Notes under the pieces: model-generated
Database searches by the model: none
Seen by the model: only the letters and a program-made list of their open reading frames with translations
Told to the model about the DNA's origin: nothing
In this document: one piece after another, positions 1 through 8,965 of the stretch
Numbering within the stretch: the first letter of the stretch is position 1
Layout of the letters: the number at the start of each line of letters is the position of its first letter
Assembly (NCBI GenBank): GCA_036003705.1
Contig: DASYSE010000121.1
Span: forward strand, 530-64,529
Origin: Actinomycetes bacterium
Lineage (GTDB): Bacteria; Actinomycetota; CALGFH01
Direction: 5' to 3'
Length of the DNA stretch: 64,000 nucleotides
Translations under genes and position numbers: made by a program

Positions 1-2
1 TG

Positions 3-458
3 GTCGGGTTGCTGTTCGCGTTCCTGCACGACCGGGCCCAGGCCGAGGACGTGGTTCAGGACGCCTTCGCCAGCGCCCTGCTGCGCTGGCGGGTCCTCCG
101 CCGCTACCACGACCCCGAGGCCTGGGTGCGGACGGTCGCCCTCCGCCGGGCCATCGACCACCACCGCCGCACCGCGCGGCAGCTACGAGCCCTGCGGCGG
201 CTTGGGCCGCCGTCGTCGCTGCCGCCGGTCGGTGCCGAGCATGTCGACCTGGTGCGGGCCCTCCGCAAGCTCCCCCTGACCCAGCGGGAGGTGCTGGTCC
301 TGCACTACGTCGCCGAGCTGGCGGTGGAGCAGGTCGCCGCCGAGTTGCGGCTGCCCCTCGGCACCGTGAAGAGCCGGCTGGCGCGGGGTCGGGCGGCGCT
401 CGCGCACCACCTGCAACCCGGCGTCGGCACGCCAGACGAGGAGAGCACCAATGCGTGA
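3..458 (+). CDS. ECF-type sigma-70 family sigma factor, 5' end probably outside window
   Basis: Frame is open to the window edge (track ORF 9..458). Region 2-like AEDVVQDAF and region 4 HTH LTQREVLVLHYVAELAVEQVAAELRLPLGTVKSRLARGR. Stop overlaps the next ATG (ATGCGTGA, 451-458). Confidence 0.85.
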   Translation, partial: VGLLFAFLHDRAQAEDVVQDAFASALLRWRVLRRYHDPEAWVRTVALRRAIDHHRRTARQLRALRRLGPPSSLPPVGAEHVDLVRALRKLPLTQREVLVLHYVAELAVEQVAAELRLPLGTVKSRLARGRAALAHHLQPGVGTPDEESTNA

Positions 459-1596
459 GGAGGAGCTGCGCTCGCGCCTCCAGGCCCTGGCCGTGGCCGG
501 CCGGGTGGCGCCGGAGCCGGTGGCCATCGGCGCCGTCCGCCGCCGCGCCCGCCGCAGGCTCCAGGGCGGGACGGCGCTGGTCCTGGTGGGCCTGCTGGTG
601 GCGGTCGGGGGCGTGCGGCTGGCCTCCGAGGCGGGCGACCGACCCGGCGTCAGCCCGGTCGCTCCGGTTGCGCCACCCGCCGGCCCGCCGGCCGCGGTCG
701 CGCCGGCCACCTTCGTGGGCCAGGTCGGCGACGGCAGCAGCCGACGGACCGTCATCATCGATGCCAGGACCGGCAGGATCGTGCGCCAGGTGCCCGGCTC
801 GGACCGGCGGTCGGACCTGGCCGCCGACGCGGTCGTCGGGCCCGACCTACGCAGCATGTACCTCCCGGCCGCCGGCCCCGGCGCGGCCTCGGCATGCAAT
901 CCCAGCTGGACCCAGGTCGACCTGGCCACCGGGGCGCGGCAGCCCGCCTTCGGCGGGCTGACCGGCGTCGGGGAGTTCAGCCTGAGCGCCGACGGCCGGA
1001 CCCTGGCGTACCTCCACACCACCGCCCCCGGAACCTCGGACCGGGCGCGGTTCGACATGAGCTGCCGCTTCGAGCTGGTCGTCCGTGAGCTGGCCAGCGG
1101 CCGGCAGCGGGTGTGGACGATCCCACCGGGCGGGTCGGTACAGGGCCTCGAGCTGAGCCCGGACGCGACCCGGTTGGTCTACCTCCTGGGCCGGACACCC
1201 GGCGGGGACCGCCTGCTCCACGTGCTCCCGCTGGCCGGCACCACCTCGGTCGCCGACGGCCACGACCTGCCGGCGGCCGGCGACTGCCCGGTGTCCATGT
1301 GGCGGTTCCTGGACGGCCGGCGGCTCCTGGCCCTCGGCTCGCAGGGCTGCGGCGGCGGGCGCTTCGACAACCTCCTGGTCCGAATCGACCTGGAGACCCG
1401 GCGGGTGGTGTCGACCGTCCCACTCGGCCTGCCGGCCGAGCCCTTCAGCCTGGACGTGGACCGGTCGGGCCGCCACGTGATCATCGCCGCCGCCGGCAAG
1501 CCCAACGACCAACGACCGGCGACCGTCTACGTGTTGCGCGACGGCCACCCCCAGCGGGTGCCGTTCGGTGGCGACTGCTGGCAGGCGGACTGGTAG
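451..1596 (+). CDS. single-pass membrane protein with beta-propeller-like outer domain; possible anti-sigma partner
   Basis: ATG overlaps the sigma-factor stop. Arg-rich head, then a hydrophobic span GTALVLVGLLVAVGGV, then repeated segments LSADGRTLAY / LSPDATRLVY. High GC3. Confidence 0.6.
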   Translation: MREEELRSRLQALAVAGRVAPEPVAIGAVRRRARRRLQGGTALVLVGLLVAVGGVRLASEAGDRPGVSPVAPVAPPAGPPAAVAPATFVGQVGDGSSRRTVIIDARTGRIVRQVPGSDRRSDLAADAVVGPDLRSMYLPAAGPGAASACNPSWTQVDLATGARQPAFGGLTGVGEFSLSADGRTLAYLHTTAPGTSDRARFDMSCRFELVVRELASGRQRVWTIPPGGSVQGLELSPDATRLVYLLGRTPGGDRLLHVLPLAGTTSVADGHDLPAAGDCPVSMWRFLDGRRLLALGSQGCGGGRFDNLLVRIDLETRRVVSTVPLGLPAEPFSLDVDRSGRHVIIAAAGKPNDQRPATVYVLRDGHPQRVPFGGDCWQADW

Positions 1597-1761
1597 CCAC
1601 TCGGTCCACGGCCGCCCGCACAGCATCGGCGCTGACGGGTCAGAGGTCCGCGGGTTCGATTGACACCGGGATGGATGGTATGTGAGCGTCCGGCGATGCC
1701 CACCGACCCCCGCACCCAGGCCTTCCTCAAGCGCATCGTCGAGGCCGGCCGCCTCTGAGCC

Positions 1762-2526
1762 ATGCGGCGCGAGCAGGTCATCGAGCTGCTGCACGGAGCG
1801 CTGGAGCCGCTGGCCTGGGTCAACGCCGCCTGGCTTGGCGGCTCCGACGCCTTCGGGCGGGCCGACGAGCTGTCCGACGTCGACCTGCAGGTGGACGTGG
1901 ACGACGGCCAGGTCGCGGCCCCCTTCGGGGCGCTCGAGGCCGCCATGGCGGGCGCGTCGCCGATCGTTGCCCGGCTGGTGATGCCGATGCCGACCTGGCA
2001 CGGCCATGCCCAGCGGTTCTACCGGCTCCGCGACACCAGCCAGTTCACCGCCGTCGACGTGGTCGTGTTCGAGCGGTCCGACCCCCGCCGCTACTACAAC
2101 CAGACCGAGCGCCACGGCAGCCCGCTGGTCCTGTTCGACCGGGCCGGGGTGGTCCATCCCGCTCCGCTGGACCAGGAGGAGCTGCGCGCCACCCTGGAGC
2201 GGGAGGTGAACGGCATCCGCGACCGGCTGCCGTTCACCCTGCCCCTGGTGGCCAAGGAGGTCGGCCGCGGCGACGCCCTGGCCGCGCTGGCCGCCTACCA
2301 CCGGCATGTGCTGCGGCCGCTGGTCACCCTTCACCGGGTGCGCCACACCCCGGCACGGCACGACTTCGGCGCCCGCTACACCCGCGACGACCTGCCCGAC
2401 GACGTCCAGGCGATGCTGCGCGAGCTGTCCTTCGTCGCCGACCTCGACGACCTGGCGGCCAAGCTGCCGAAGGCCGAGCAGCTGCTCCGCGAGCTGCTCG
2501 GCAACCTGCTCCGTTCCCGGCCATGA
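1762..2526 (+). CDS. nucleotidyltransferase-domain protein
   Basis: Track ORF of 254 aa. Minimal NTase motif GGSDAFGRADELSDVDLQVDV (G-S ... DxD) near the N-terminus. Confidence 0.7.
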   Translation: MRREQVIELLHGALEPLAWVNAAWLGGSDAFGRADELSDVDLQVDVDDGQVAAPFGALEAAMAGASPIVARLVMPMPTWHGHAQRFYRLRDTSQFTAVDVVVFERSDPRRYYNQTERHGSPLVLFDRAGVVHPAPLDQEELRATLEREVNGIRDRLPFTLPLVAKEVGRGDALAALAAYHRHVLRPLVTLHRVRHTPARHDFGARYTRDDLPDDVQAMLRELSFVADLDDLAAKLPKAEQLLRELLGNLLRSRP

Positions 2527-2694
2527 GGACCCGGAGGCACCGGCGCATCGACCTGATCCTGCTCGCCGCGGCCACGTGGGCGGTGGCGGTGGGCGGGGTC
2601 GGCGGCGGCACCGGAGGTGGCGGCGGCGGGTCCTGGTGCCCACGATCGCGGGTTTGGCCGAGATTTCGGTTAGCATCCTCGGCGGAGAACGCTC

Positions 2695-3177
2695 ATGCAG
2701 CTGCCCAACCCGCCCTGGTACCGCCGGTGGTCGGTCATCCTGGCCGGCATCATCGTGCTGGCCGCGCTCACGGCGCTACTCGGCTGGCGGGGGCTGCAGG
2801 AGACGGCCGGGCCGGACACCGCCACTCCGACCGTGCCACCCACGACCGTCGCCGAGCCGACCACGATCTTGCCGCCGCCGACCACCATCGCGAGGCCCGG
2901 GGTTCTGTGGGAGAAGAAGGGCAGCGACTCGCACCGGAGCCGGCCGTTCAGGGCGCCTCCCAGCTGGCGCATCGTCTGGTCGTTCGACTGCTCAGACTTC
3001 GCCAGGTACGGCGGCGGCAACTTCAAGCTTACCGGCCAGGGCGCCTTCGAACGGGTCCTGATCCAGGATTTCGACGCCAAGGCCAACGGCACCCGGTCGG
3101 TGACCGGCGGCGGCTTCGGCCGCCTGGTCATCACCTCGGTCTGCGACCACTGGACCGTCCAGGCGCTACCGGCCTGA
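2695..3177 (+). CDS. hypothetical N-terminally anchored protein
   Basis: Track ORF of 160 aa. TM-like WSVILAGIIVLAALTALLGW followed by a Pro/Thr linker. Consistent G/C at third codon positions. Confidence 0.6.
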   Translation: MQLPNPPWYRRWSVILAGIIVLAALTALLGWRGLQETAGPDTATPTVPPTTVAEPTTILPPPTTIARPGVLWEKKGSDSHRSRPFRAPPSWRIVWSFDCSDFARYGGGNFKLTGQGAFERVLIQDFDAKANGTRSVTGGGFGRLVITSVCDHWTVQALPA

Positions 3178-3413
3178 CCGAACGCCAGCCCGACCGACCG
3201 GCACGGGCCCACCGGCGGGTGGCGGCACCCGCGGCCGGCAGCGCCAGGCCGAGCAGTCTCGGGGTCGCATCACGATCACCTTGCCGCCTGGCGGCTCCTC
3301 GCCTTCCGGCAGCCATCGCCGGGTTGTCATTCGTCGTCGGCCCCGAACGGTCTGCCCCGCCCGTAGAATCGTCGGCCCGCGCACCCTGGCGGCCCACGAG
3401 GAGGAGGACCGGC

Positions 3414-4607
3414 TTGGACGCGACTGCTGGCACGGGACGGTTGGCGATCGTCGGCGGGCGGGTCATCCCCGTCCAGGGCACGCCCATCGAGGAGGGTGTC
3501 GTCCTGATCAGCCAGGGCCGGATCGAGGCCGTCGGCCGGGACGTGCGGGTGCCCGACGGTGTCGAGCGGGTCGACGCGGCCGGGAAGGTGGTGCTGCCGG
3601 GCCTGGTCGACGCGCACGTGCATCTGGGCGTGCACGAGGAGGGCGAGGGCTGGGCCGGCCAGGACACCAACGAGCTGACCGACCCGGTCACCCCGCACGT
3701 CCGCGCCCTGGACGCCATCAACCCCGACGACCTCGGTTTCGTGGACGCGGTCGCCGGCGGGGTCCTGACCGTGAACGTCAACCCGGGGTCGGGCAACCCG
3801 ATCGGCGGCCAGACGGCCGCGGTCCGTTGTGCCGGGCGGACGGTCGACGAGATGCTGCTGCGGGCGCCGAGCGGGATGAAGTCGGCCCTGGGCGAGAACC
3901 CCAAGCGGGTCTACGGCGACCGCACGCAGCTCCCCTCGACCCGGCTGGGCACCGCCGCGGTGATCCGCGACGCCCTGGTCAAGGCGACCAACTACCTGGC
4001 CAAGCTGGAACGCGGCGACGACGAGTTCGTCGAGCGCGACCTGCGCTGGGAGGCGCTCGGCCTGGTCCTGCGCGGCGAGATCCCCTGGCGCCAGCACTGC
4101 CACCGGGCCGACGACATCGCCACCGCCCTGCGCCTGGCCGACGAGTTCGGCTACCGCCTGGTCATCGACCATGGCACCGAGGCGGTGCTGCTCGCCGACC
4201 GCCTGGCCGACCGCGGCGTACCCGTCCTGATCGGCCCCCTGCTCACCTCCCGCTCCAAGGTCGAGCTGCGCAACCGCTCCCTGGCCAACCCGGGCCGCCT
4301 GGCCGCCGCCGGGGTCGAGCTGGGCATCATCACCGACCATCCGGTGGTCCCCATCCATCTGCTGCACGTCCAGGCCGGCCTGGCCGTCAGGGAGGGCCTG
4401 GACCCGGTGGCGGCGCTGCGCGCCGTCACCCTCACCCCGGCCCGTATCCTCGGTCTGGACGCCCAGCTCGGCTCGCTGGAACCCGGCAAGCACGCCACCT
4501 TGTGCGTATGGTCCGGCGACCCGCTCGACGCCCGCTCCCGGGTCGAGTCCGCCTGGATCGAGGGCCGGCCGGTGCTCACCTCGCCACCCCCCAGTCCCTC
4601 GTTCTGA
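3414..4607 (+). CDS. amidohydrolase-family metal-dependent hydrolase
   Basis: TTG at 3414, in frame within track ORF 2523..4607, preceded by GAGGAGGAGGA. Motifs RLAIVGGRVIP...GRIEAVG, PGLVDAHVHLGVHEEG. Confidence 0.8.
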   Translation: MDATAGTGRLAIVGGRVIPVQGTPIEEGVVLISQGRIEAVGRDVRVPDGVERVDAAGKVVLPGLVDAHVHLGVHEEGEGWAGQDTNELTDPVTPHVRALDAINPDDLGFVDAVAGGVLTVNVNPGSGNPIGGQTAAVRCAGRTVDEMLLRAPSGMKSALGENPKRVYGDRTQLPSTRLGTAAVIRDALVKATNYLAKLERGDDEFVERDLRWEALGLVLRGEIPWRQHCHRADDIATALRLADEFGYRLVIDHGTEAVLLADRLADRGVPVLIGPLLTSRSKVELRNRSLANPGRLAAAGVELGIITDHPVVPIHLLHVQAGLAVREGLDPVAALRAVTLTPARILGLDAQLGSLEPGKHATLCVWSGDPLDARSRVESAWIEGRPVLTSPPPSPSF

Positions 4608-4667
4608 TGGGGTCGCCTCCGGTGGCGAGGCGGGGTCGGCACCATCCCGGCCCGGCGCTGGGGATCG

Positions 4668-5504
4668 TCAAGGGCTGGGCGGCCTGACGTCCCCGTCCAT
4701 CAGGCGGTCGAGGGCGGCCGCGACCCCGTCCTCGTCGTTGGAGGCGGTGACCCAGCCGGCCACCCGCTTGAGCGCCGGCTTGGCGTTGCCCATGGCGATG
4801 GGCAGGCCGACCACCTCGAGCATCCCCAGGTCGTTGTGGCCGTCCCCGATGGCGGCGGTCTCGCCGAGGGGGATTCCGCCGCGGGCGGCCAGGGCGGCCA
4901 GGGCACGGGCCTTGTCGACGCCGGCCCGGGTGACCTCCAGGTAGTTGTCGTGCGAGAACTGCCCGGCGCAGGCGGCCGGCAGCCGCCCGGCCACGGCGTG
5001 CAGCACCGGGATCAGCTCGGGGCGGCCGGCGATCAGCATCAGCTTGTGCGGGTCGGCGCCCGCCGGGCCGTCGGCGACCACGAAGCTGTCCCGGACGATG
5101 CCGGCCTCCCGCCGCATCGCCGGGTCGTCCCGCATGGCGAACCAGGTCGGCCCGACGAACCAGCTGGCGCTGAGCCCGGCGGCCGCCGCCTCGGCCAGCA
5201 CCGCACCGGCCGCCTCCCCTGGCATCGGGTCGTCGACCAGCGGCGCACCGGCCAGGGCGCCCGTCTGGTCGAGCCGCGCGACCAGCGCCCCCTGATAGGT
5301 CACCACCCAGGCGGCCAGGTCGAGCTGGGCGAGCAGCCAGCGCAGCCCACCCGGCCCCCTGGAGGTGGCCAGGCAGACCTCCAGCCCACGGCCCCTGGCC
5401 CGCCCGACCGCCGCCCTGGTGGCCGGGGTGAGCCGGGCGTCGCTGGTCAGCAGCGTGCCGTCGACGTCCAGCACGACCAGCCGGATCCGGGAGGCGCTGG
5501 TCAC
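4668..5504 (-). CDS. HAD-superfamily hydrolase, Cof-like
   Basis: GTG at 5504 overlaps the upstream stop (GTGA at 5501-5504). Motif I LVVLDVDGTLL; C-terminal AIGDGHNDLGML. Confidence 0.8.
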   Translation of the reverse strand: MTSASRIRLVVLDVDGTLLTSDARLTPATRAAVGRARGRGLEVCLATSRGPGGLRWLLAQLDLAAWVVTYQGALVARLDQTGALAGAPLVDDPMPGEAAGAVLAEAAAAGLSASWFVGPTWFAMRDDPAMRREAGIVRDSFVVADGPAGADPHKLMLIAGRPELIPVLHAVAGRLPAACAGQFSHDNYLEVTRAGVDKARALAALAARGGIPLGETAAIGDGHNDLGMLEVVGLPIAMGNAKPALKRVAGWVTASNDEDGVAAALDRLMDGDVRPPSP

Positions 5505-6484
5505 CCGCTGTCGAGGGTCTGACGGACGGCGGTGGCGACCCGGTCGGCGGTGGGGATGACGGCCTGTTCGAGGTTGGCGGCGAACGGGAGGGGGACGCAA
5601 GCGCCGGCGACCCGCTTGAGGGGGGCGTCGAGGTCGTAGAACCCCTCGTCGGCGACGATCGAGGCCACGGTGGCGCCCCAGCCGTCCTGGTAGGGGTTCT
5701 CCTCGACGATCACCAGCCGGCTGGTGCGGGCGACGCTGTCAAGCACCGTGCGGGCGTCGAGGGGGACCAGGCAGCGAAGGTCGATGACCTCGCAGCCGAT
5801 GCCGTCGCCGGCCAGGCGCTCGGCCGCGGCCAGGGCGGTCGGGACGGTGGAGGCGAGGGCGACCAGGGTGACGTCGTCGCCCCGGCGGCGCACCTCGGCG
5901 ACGCCGAGGGGCAGGACGTGGTCGTCGGGCGGGGCCTCGCCCTTGCTGGCGAGCAGCTGCTTGTGCTCGAACACCAGCACCGGGTCGTCGCTGCGGATGG
6001 CGGCGGCCATCAGGCCGACCATGTCGGCGGGGGTTGCGGGGGCAGCGATCTTCAGGCCGGGGACGGCCATGGCCCAGTTCTCGACCGCCTGGGAGTGCTG
6101 GGCGCCGAACCCGAGGCCGCCGCCGTTGGCGGTGCGGACCACCAGGGGCACGGTCACCTGGCCGCCGGTCATGTAGCGCATCTTGGGGATCTCGTTGGCC
6201 ACGTAGTCCCAGCAGCAGGCGAGGAAGTCGGAGAACATGATCTCGGCCACCGGGCGCAGGCCGGTCATGGCCGCGCCCATGGCCGCGCCAACGATCGCCT
6301 GCTCGCTGATCGGGGTGTCCCAGACCCGCTGGGGGCCGAACTCGGCGAACAGCCCGGCTGTCGTCTTGAACACGCCCTCGGCGGTGCCGATGTCCTCGCC
6401 GAGGCAGACCACGGTCGGGTCGCGGCGCATCTCCTGGGCGATGCCGGCGGCCACCGCCTCCCGGTAGGTGATCAGGTCCGCCAT
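5501..6484 (-). CDS. 2-oxoacid dehydrogenase E1 component beta subunit (transketolase-like)
   Basis: ATG at 6484 (MADLITYREAVAAGIAQEMRRDPTVVCLGEDIG) with GGGAGG upstream. The rest of the track ORF upstream of this ATG lies in repeat DNA. Confidence 0.85.
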   Translation of the reverse strand: MADLITYREAVAAGIAQEMRRDPTVVCLGEDIGTAEGVFKTTAGLFAEFGPQRVWDTPISEQAIVGAAMGAAMTGLRPVAEIMFSDFLACCWDYVANEIPKMRYMTGGQVTVPLVVRTANGGGLGFGAQHSQAVENWAMAVPGLKIAAPATPADMVGLMAAAIRSDDPVLVFEHKQLLASKGEAPPDDHVLPLGVAEVRRRGDDVTLVALASTVPTALAAAERLAGDGIGCEVIDLRCLVPLDARTVLDSVARTSRLVIVEENPYQDGWGATVASIVADEGFYDLDAPLKRVAGACVPLPFAANLEQAVIPTADRVATAVRQTLDSG

Positions 6485-6592
6485 TGCGCGCCTCCCGTTG
6501 ACTCCCCGGGCAAGGTGCTCAGGTCCGCCATTGGGCGCCTCCCGTTGACTCCCCAAGGCAAGGTGCTCAGGTTCGCCATTGCGCACCTCCGT
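6472..6592. repeat. three tandem copies (periods 47 and 48 bp) of the E1 alpha stop / E1 beta start junction
   Basis: TCA at 6472, 6519 and 6567; CAT at 6482-6484, 6529-6531 and 6577-6579. Each copy carries GGAGG-like + ATG + ..CAATGGCGRACCTGA on the minus strand. Confidence 0.9.
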
Positions 6593-7565
6593 CGGCCCAG
6601 ACGTCGGTGAACGCGGTCGACTCGTCGGGGGGCGGGGCCGCCTTGGCCGCGTCGACGGCCGCGGCGACCTCCTCCCTTGCCCGGCTGTCGAGCCGGTCGA
6701 TGGCCGGCTGGTCGACCCCACGGTCGCGCAGCCGCTCGGCCAGGACCAGCAGCGGGTCGCGCTCGAGCCAGGCGTCGACCTCCTCCTTGGGCCGGTACTT
6801 GCCGGGGTCGCTGCGCGAATGCCCGTACTGGCGGTAGGTGAGGGCCTCGATCACGGTCGGGCCGTCGCCGGCCCGTGCCCTGGCCGCGGCGGCCGAGACG
6901 GCCTTGCGCACGGCGACCACGTCGTTGCCGTCGATCACCTCGGCCGGCAGCTGGTAGGCGGGGGCGCGGCCGGCCGCCGGCTGGGCGACCGCGGTGACCG
7001 TCTTGATCGAGGTGTACTCCATGTAGAGGTTGTTCTCGCACACGAACAGCACCGGCAGCCGCCACACCGCGGCCAGGTTGAGGGCCTCGTGGAAGGCGCC
7101 GATGTTGGTGGCGCCGTCGCCGAAGAAGGCGACCGCGACCTGCCCGCTGCCCCGGATCCTGGCCGACCAGGCGGCCCCGCAGGCGATCGGCAGGTGGGCG
7201 CCGACGATCGCGTACGAGCCGAGCATGTTGTGGTCGGCCACCGTCAGGTGCATGGACCCGCCCTTGGCGGCGCACAGGCCGGTGGCCCGGCTCATCAGCT
7301 CGGCTAGGCAGGCCTCGGGGCTGGCCCCGCGGGCGATCGCGTGGTGGTGGCCGCGGTAGGTGGCGAACACGTAGTCGTCGGGCTCCAAGGCGGCGCTGGC
7401 GCCCACGGCCACGGCCTCCTGTCCGGAGGCGAGATGGGTGGTGCCCTTGACCAGGCCGCTCATGAACAGGTCGTAGGCGGCCTTCTCGGTGGCCCGGATC
7501 AGCGACATCCGCCGGTACAGCTCCAGCAGCTCCTCGACCCGCGGCTCGTCCTGGACCACCGTCAT
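6567..7565 (-). CDS. TPP-dependent 2-oxoacid dehydrogenase E1 component alpha subunit
   Basis: Track ORF of 332 aa. Motifs GTTHLASGQEAVAVG, YRGHHHAI, FFGDGATNIGAFHEALNLAAVWRLPVLFVCENN. ATGA overlap with the upstream gene at 7562-7565. Confidence 0.9.
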   Translation of the reverse strand: MTVVQDEPRVEELLELYRRMSLIRATEKAAYDLFMSGLVKGTTHLASGQEAVAVGASAALEPDDYVFATYRGHHHAIARGASPEACLAELMSRATGLCAAKGGSMHLTVADHNMLGSYAIVGAHLPIACGAAWSARIRGSGQVAVAFFGDGATNIGAFHEALNLAAVWRLPVLFVCENNLYMEYTSIKTVTAVAQPAAGRAPAYQLPAEVIDGNDVVAVRKAVSAAAARARAGDGPTVIEALTYRQYGHSRSDPGKYRPKEEVDAWLERDPLLVLAERLRDRGVDQPAIDRLDSRAREEVAAAVDAAKAAPPPDESTAFTDVWADGGAQWRT

Positions 7566-8887
7566 GGCGTCACCCGCCGGTTGCGGTGGGACTCGGCCTC
7601 GCGGGTGGCCGGCAGCGGGCCGTCGACGGCCCAGTAGCGCTGGCCGGCGACCAGCAGCTCCTCGGCCGGGAACTTGGTCACGACCTCGCAGCCGTCGGCG
7701 GTGACCACCACCTCCTCCTCGATCCGGGCGGCCGACCAGCCGTCGGCGGCGGGCCAGTAGGTCTCCAGCGCGAACAGCATGCCTTCCTCCAGGACCTCCG
7801 GGTGGTCAAGGGAGACCAGCCGGCTGAAGATCGGCTTCTCCCAGATGGACAGGCCGACGCCGTGGCCGTACTGGAGGGCGAAGGCCGCCTCCTCGTCGGG
7901 GAAGCCGAACTCCGTCGCGGCCGGCCACACCGACACGATGTCGGCGGTGGTCGCGCCAGGCTTGACCAGCGCGATCGCCTCATCCATGTAGTCGCGGCAG
8001 CGGACGTAGGCGTCGCGCATGGCGGGCGACGCGCTGCCGACCGCGAAGCAGCGGTAGTAGCAGGTCCGGTAGCCGTTGAAGCTGTGCAGGATGTCGAAGA
8101 AGGCCGGGTCTCCAGGGCGCAGGATGCGGTCGGAGTAGACGTGGGGGTGGGGCGAGCAACGCTCGCCGGAGATGGCGTTGACCCCCTCGACGTGCTCGGA
8201 GCCGAGGTCGTAGAGGACCTTGCTGACCAGCCCGACGCACTCGTTCTCCCTGACCCCGGGGCGCAGGAACCGGTACAGCTCGTCGTAGGCGGCGTCGACC
8301 AGGGAGGCCGCCGTGGTCAGCAGGGTGAGCTCGTCGGCGGTCTTGATCCGGCGGGCGTCGAGGAACACCTGCTGGCCGTCGACCACCTCCAGGCCGGCAG
8401 CCTGCAGGGCGGCCAGCACCGGCAGCTCGACCAGGTCGACGCCGACCGGCTCGCCGGCCAGCCCGTGCGCGTCCAGCTCGCGCCGGATCTTGCCCGCCAC
8501 CCCTTCGGCGATGCCGGCGTCGGGGCTGAAGGCGCCGCGCAGGGTGGAGATCCCCGCCCGGGCCCTGCCCTGCTCCGGCTGGCCGGGCCGGCCGTCCAGC
8601 CAGGGGTTGTAGAGCTGGTGATGGCGGGCGGCCGAGCCGAAGTCCCAGATGACCGGCTCCCCGCCCCGGGGCAGCAGGGCGAACCGGATCAGCTTGTCCA
8701 TCGCCCAGGTGCCGATGTGGGTCGAGGTCATGTAGCGGATGTTGTGGAAGTCGAAGGTCAGCAGCGCCCCCAGGTCGGAGCGCTCCAGTGCCGCCTTCAG
8801 CCGCGCCAGCCGCTGGGTGCGCAGCCGGTCGACGTCGACCCGCTGCTCCCAATCGACCGCGTTCGGGCCGTACGTCCGGATGCCCAT
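7562..8887 (-). CDS. M24-family (pita-bread fold) metallohydrolase, creatinase/prolidase-like
   Basis: Track ORF of 441 aa. N-terminal creatinase-like domain LLTFDFHNIRYMTS; C-terminal YGHGVGLSIWEKP and EEGMLFALE metal-ligand contexts. Confidence 0.8.
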   Translation of the reverse strand: MGIRTYGPNAVDWEQRVDVDRLRTQRLARLKAALERSDLGALLTFDFHNIRYMTSTHIGTWAMDKLIRFALLPRGGEPVIWDFGSAARHHQLYNPWLDGRPGQPEQGRARAGISTLRGAFSPDAGIAEGVAGKIRRELDAHGLAGEPVGVDLVELPVLAALQAAGLEVVDGQQVFLDARRIKTADELTLLTTAASLVDAAYDELYRFLRPGVRENECVGLVSKVLYDLGSEHVEGVNAISGERCSPHPHVYSDRILRPGDPAFFDILHSFNGYRTCYYRCFAVGSASPAMRDAYVRCRDYMDEAIALVKPGATTADIVSVWPAATEFGFPDEEAAFALQYGHGVGLSIWEKPIFSRLVSLDHPEVLEEGMLFALETYWPAADGWSAARIEEEVVVTADGCEVVTKFPAEELLVAGQRYWAVDGPLPATREAESHRNRRVTP

Positions 8888-8965
8888 GGCCGCTCCTCGT
8901 CAAGCCGGTGGAGTCGGGAGTACGCCATCGGACGCCGAGCCGTCAAGTGCTACTGAACGCGACCT

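Noticed and set aside
1645-1661. GGTCCGCGGGTTCGATT resembles a tRNA T-arm/T-loop and could be an integration-site remnant.
   Set aside because: The complementary 3' stem half (CCCGC) and the acceptor end are absent, and no direct repeat partner was seen. It is too short to call.
847-2676. Long ORFs on the opposite strand or out of frame in many places, for example 847..2676 (-), 9237..11258 (+), 9700..11565 (-), 23033..25132 (-), 39031..41208 (+) and 56839..58746 (-).
   Set aside because: Their products are Arg/Pro/Gly/Ala low-complexity strings typical of wrong frames in GC-rich DNA. They overlap ORFs with clear enzyme motifs and better third-position G/C bias.
7562-8887. Calling the 441-aa M24 protein a DddP-type DMSP lyase.
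   Set aside because: The resemblance rests on my recollection of a few N-terminal motifs. Without an alignment or phylogeny the specific function cannot be supported, so the call stays at family level.
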